Part shown: positions 60,244 through 64,000 of the stretch, one piece after another | How the letters are laid out: each line of letters starts with the position of its first letter | Position numbering within the stretch: position 1 is the stretch's first letter | Source of the DNA: Nemertoderma westbladi | Taxonomy: Eukaryota > Animalia > Xenacoelomorpha | Length of the DNA stretch: 64,000 bases | Direction of reading: 5' to 3' | Assembly (NCBI GenBank): GCA_032718475.1 | Contig: JAUCBJ010000341.1 | Coordinates: 1 to 64,000 of the forward strand | Notes under the pieces: generated by a model | The model's input: the letters and a program-made list of their open reading frames with translations, nothing else | Database searches by the model: none | Told to the model about the DNA's origin: nothing | Made by a program: the position numbers and the translations under genes

Positions 60244-63200
60244 TGTTTGGCTCCCGATAAATAGGTATATTGTTTTTTTTTACGGGTTTTTCAACCTTTG
60301 TTTGATAGTGACCCCAGGGAAGTGAATGATTTTTATTAACCCAATAAAGTTTATCGTCAAATGCGCTGAGAGCAAACTTATCTCGTGCTACAGTGTACAC
60401 TTTGTGTAATTGACTCTGAAATTGATGCGTTTCCTTGGAAATTTCTTCGTTATTCTTATATGCTCTTAAATAATCTTCGTGGCAAATTTTTTTATCCACG
60501 ACAGGTCTTGTTATTCCTTTCGCCCGTCGTATATTTTTGTTATTCCATTCCAAAATTGAATATAACTTTGGTCTTAAAAATACTGCTTGTTTAATCTCTC
60601 TCGAGCACAACTCGTCTTTACAGTAATAAAGTCTGGATTTATTTTTATCGCTGTAGAGAGGGTGATCCTTGGGGTAATTGGATGTATCTAGAATATTATT
60701 TTTAATTAAGGCTTTTAAGAAATTACTCTGCGATGTATTATAGTAACAACCTATTAAAGAGTCCGTATCTGATGCTACAATTTCAATTCGGCAGTTTAAT
60801 TCTTTCTCAATAGGTAGTAATTTATTATAGTACAACTCATACATATCCAATTTAGCCAAGTCCAAGACAGTGCTACCTACATAGACCGGTTTATCTAGTG
60901 TCACACTGTCTTTCACTAATAAGTGTCCCGATAAGGAATTATTATAAATTATAAATTGTTCATGATTTATACGTTTCACCAATTGATCACATTTCTCATT
61001 GCTATTAGCGATACGAAAGTTGCATCGGTCCCGTATCTTTTCTATCGTTTTACCAAATAACGAATTATTCAGCAATTTCGCGACAGCTGTTTCAATGTAA
61101 CTTTTTGCTAATCGCCTTTGATTAATATTAAAATCTATATAGGGTTTAAATACAAAGTCTTGATGGAAAGAATACAATTTATGTAGTTTAGTAACAATTA
61201 AACCTTGTTTTATATAAAATTTTAACAGTTTTAAATTTACATGATAGAATTCCTTATCGAATTGTGTCAACATAAGTTTTGGAGCACACATCTTATACTT
61301 GCTATTAGTACCTCTTTGTTTACATACATGATTATATTGTTCCCTCATATATGGTGAAAGCATTGTCTCATTTATACTTAAATGTTCCGGGGCTAAGGGT
61401 AGTTCTAATGTACGATCATGAATATCTTTGGGATATTTCAAATCGCAAATTAAGAAAAACCCAATATCCCCTTCAGTATCAAGATTTGTTAAATAGTTTA
61501 TTAGTTCTTCTGGAGCGGCATTCTCTAAATATGTAACGTTGACTTGATCAAAACCTGAAACAGGTAGCTTTTTACTTAAATTACCCGAATACAAGGAATT
61601 AAAATCTATATTGAAAATATGACACTCTTCCTTGCTTGGATCATAATTATCAGTATCTGGTATATTTGACTCTATGTAATGCTTTCGACAGAATGAAACC
61701 CCTCCTCTAATAGATGCTTCAAAATCTCTATATGTTTGGTAATCTTTTATTAATGCTAACTTACATTTATTGTATTTCAGGGCGCAATCATAAGTGAAAG
61801 CTGCGATACTGCAATAATAAACTACTTCTAATTCGTAGTTTTGTCTACATACTCTCCTAAAGTTCTCAAATATATCAGCGAGGAGACAAACATCGAGTTT
61901 TAAGTATGCTAAAAGATAATCCTTGAGATTTGAACAGTCAAACTGACTCCATGCGTTGGCAAAACTATATTCCTCGGGTGTACAGGTATTTTGTGTTAAT
62001 TTACTATAAAATTTGTCTATTGATGGTAATTTCGAATCATTGAATTTATTTAAATCTGTCAGATACTCGTAGGGAAATATACCTTTTCGTTTAATTGTTG
62101 CATTATTTAAATTCGGATAAAAATATTTCATTTGCTGTTCAGTAATTGGTAGAACTGATGTTATATCCTCGCTGTCTATATCCTTTGTTGAACAATCAAC
62201 TAAAGTACTTAGGGAAAAGGATAAAAATTGATATGTGTCTAAGACACGTAGCTCAATTTTTGTTTTTTCATCTTTCACTGGTATATACATACTCAGTGAA
62301 ATATACCTTTCAGAATTTTTAGGGATCACCTTTATATCCCAATCGGAATATCGGTTATTACAAAAGCCAACTTGTAAAAGAAAATGCAAATCGTAGTGAT
62401 TGCAGTTGTGTGCAGCAAGTATATACATGTGTCGTTTCAACGATAAAGAGCGGTTACATGTGTTACAAGCGGCCGCTATATAGTTACCAGTAATATGTGA
62501 GTGATGTTTGTTTTTCTCAGATTTATCCTTAAATAAAACATTGCAATAAAAGCAAGTTTTAGCTTTCCAAAAACTTAACTTATCTACATCATTAAGTATC
62601 ATCTTCTCTCTCGTGTGAGTTTCTGACCACTTATATAATTGGGTGATGTCATTATATACAGAGTCTAAAAAGTCTTGAATACAGTTGTTGTCGATTGTTT
62701 TTGTAAAGGTCTTCAAATAAAATTTTGGTGGATTGATTAATTCGGTACTAGGAACAATTAAATAACTTACAGCTCATGGAATATGATTCTGAATAAATTT
62801 ACTGTTGCTGGCTGGCTCCAAAATAGATTCTATGTCAAAATATATTACAAACAATGCTGGTAATGTTCTGTCTAAATTTCTAAAGCTAATGTGAGTTCTT
62901 TTTTCAGATGGTAGCTTCTCAACTTGACTTTTTCCTCGATAACAAGCAAGACGGTGACGTTCTAGAACATCCTTTCTGTAGAAAGGAGACAAACACCGTT
63001 CACAATATTTCCTACCTCCAATATGCTTACCTCTTGTATTCATCATGCGATTCAAGTTAGTTATGCAAACATAATGTGATTGTTTACTCGTATTCTTATT
63101 TTTTACAAGTAATATATTCAATAACTCTTTATCTGGAGTGATTTTACTAAATGGTGCCTGTCTTAATATAGATACTCGATTGTTGTTGTAGAGTAATAAA

Positions 63201-63745
63201 TTAATTATATATACTGAATTCTGTTTTTCAAAAAGTTTAATTGCAAGCTGCCATTCTGTTGGATAATCTTTGTTCCTGTTGTCAAAAATAAAATGGTTCA
63301 TGTAATCTGTGTACTGCAAAGTACGGTTTTTGTGATCTTTCACTTTGGTACTAAATTTTGTGGCTATAATAGCCCATTTGAAACAGTCATTATCAGCCGT
63401 TTGTATATTTATAATACATTGTTTACCTGATAGAGCCTTAGGTAACTCCATATAACCGTGACCTTTATATAGTAACGACCTACACTTAGATTCAGCTACT
63501 TTAATTTCCACTCTTAATAAAGATTTAATGCGCCACCCTGAGCCACGAGTGTTAAAGATGGCTATTTTTTGCATTAATTTTTCTAGTACATACTCAAACC
63601 ATGTGTCAAAACTTTCATGTGAATCTACGGTATTAACTGCACCACCTGAAGAACTAAAATAGAAAGTTTCTTCTTGGTCTCCCTCAGAAAAATGTGATCG
63701 ATACATGAGTATATTCACACCTAGCCAGGGTCTAAGTACATTCAT
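60224..63745 (-). pseudogene. Protein-primed family B DNA polymerase with N-terminal vOTU-like/Zn-finger region and an EndoVII-like insert; in-frame TGA at 62774-76
   Basis: GSGW; DNDCF...SHY; CERC..H...C; ExoI YFDIE; HHSHITG..IAAACNTCN; HN...YD; KGIFPYEY; IRGG; DFNSLY; KLLNNSLFGK; DTDS. The two ORFs are in the same frame, 57 nt apart. Confidence 0.9.
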
Positions 63746-64000
63746 TTCGCTAAGTTTTCCTAATAATAACGTTTGGATATGAGGTAGAATATGAACTATC
63801 GATGAATCTCAGGAAAATCTTCATCATTTGGAAGATTGTAAACATAGATTTCTAAATGGTTATCGTGTGTGGATCGTTCGATGCTAAAAATTGATGGACC
63901 TTGACCAGATTTCAGTCTTTTTCTAGATGCGACAGTATTGTTTTGGTTCCGTCGTGGTGGTCTAACATGATAATAACGTTGGTGACAGTCGTGACATAAA

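Larger units (their letters stand above)
57139..64000. mobile_element. Degenerate Polinton/Maverick (adintovirus-like) element, partial
   Basis: Intronless, compact cluster of pPolB, adenain protease and a DEDD-like ORF; no capsid, ATPase, integrase or TIR within the window. Confidence 0.82.

Overview
AT-rich, intron-containing animal (invertebrate-like) genomic DNA. Bases ~818-9968 (+) hold the last ten coding exons of a Kalirin/Trio-like gene (Ig, FN3, Ser/Thr kinase); their splice phases join correctly. The introns contain minisatellites, a Ginger-like MITE, a solo LTR and a LINE fragment. The rest is a transposon nest dominated by one Bel/Pao LTR family present as three copies plus the solo LTR. 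Copy B lacks most of pol, has near-identical LTRs, and is inserted into the RT gene of copy A (TSD CGCAC). An inversion of ~10.8 kb (32510-43310) later split both copies. Copy C (minus strand) abuts a degenerate Polinton/adintovirus-like element encoding pPolB, an adenain protease and a TBP-like ORF. Main finding: in the env position this family carries a large accessory gene with a WRN/EXD-type DEDDy 3'-5' exonuclease domain, CCHC zinc knuckles and a basic NLS-like tail. The copies show complementary pol and exonuclease losses and signs of recombination. All domain calls come from motif recognition by eye; no database searches were run.
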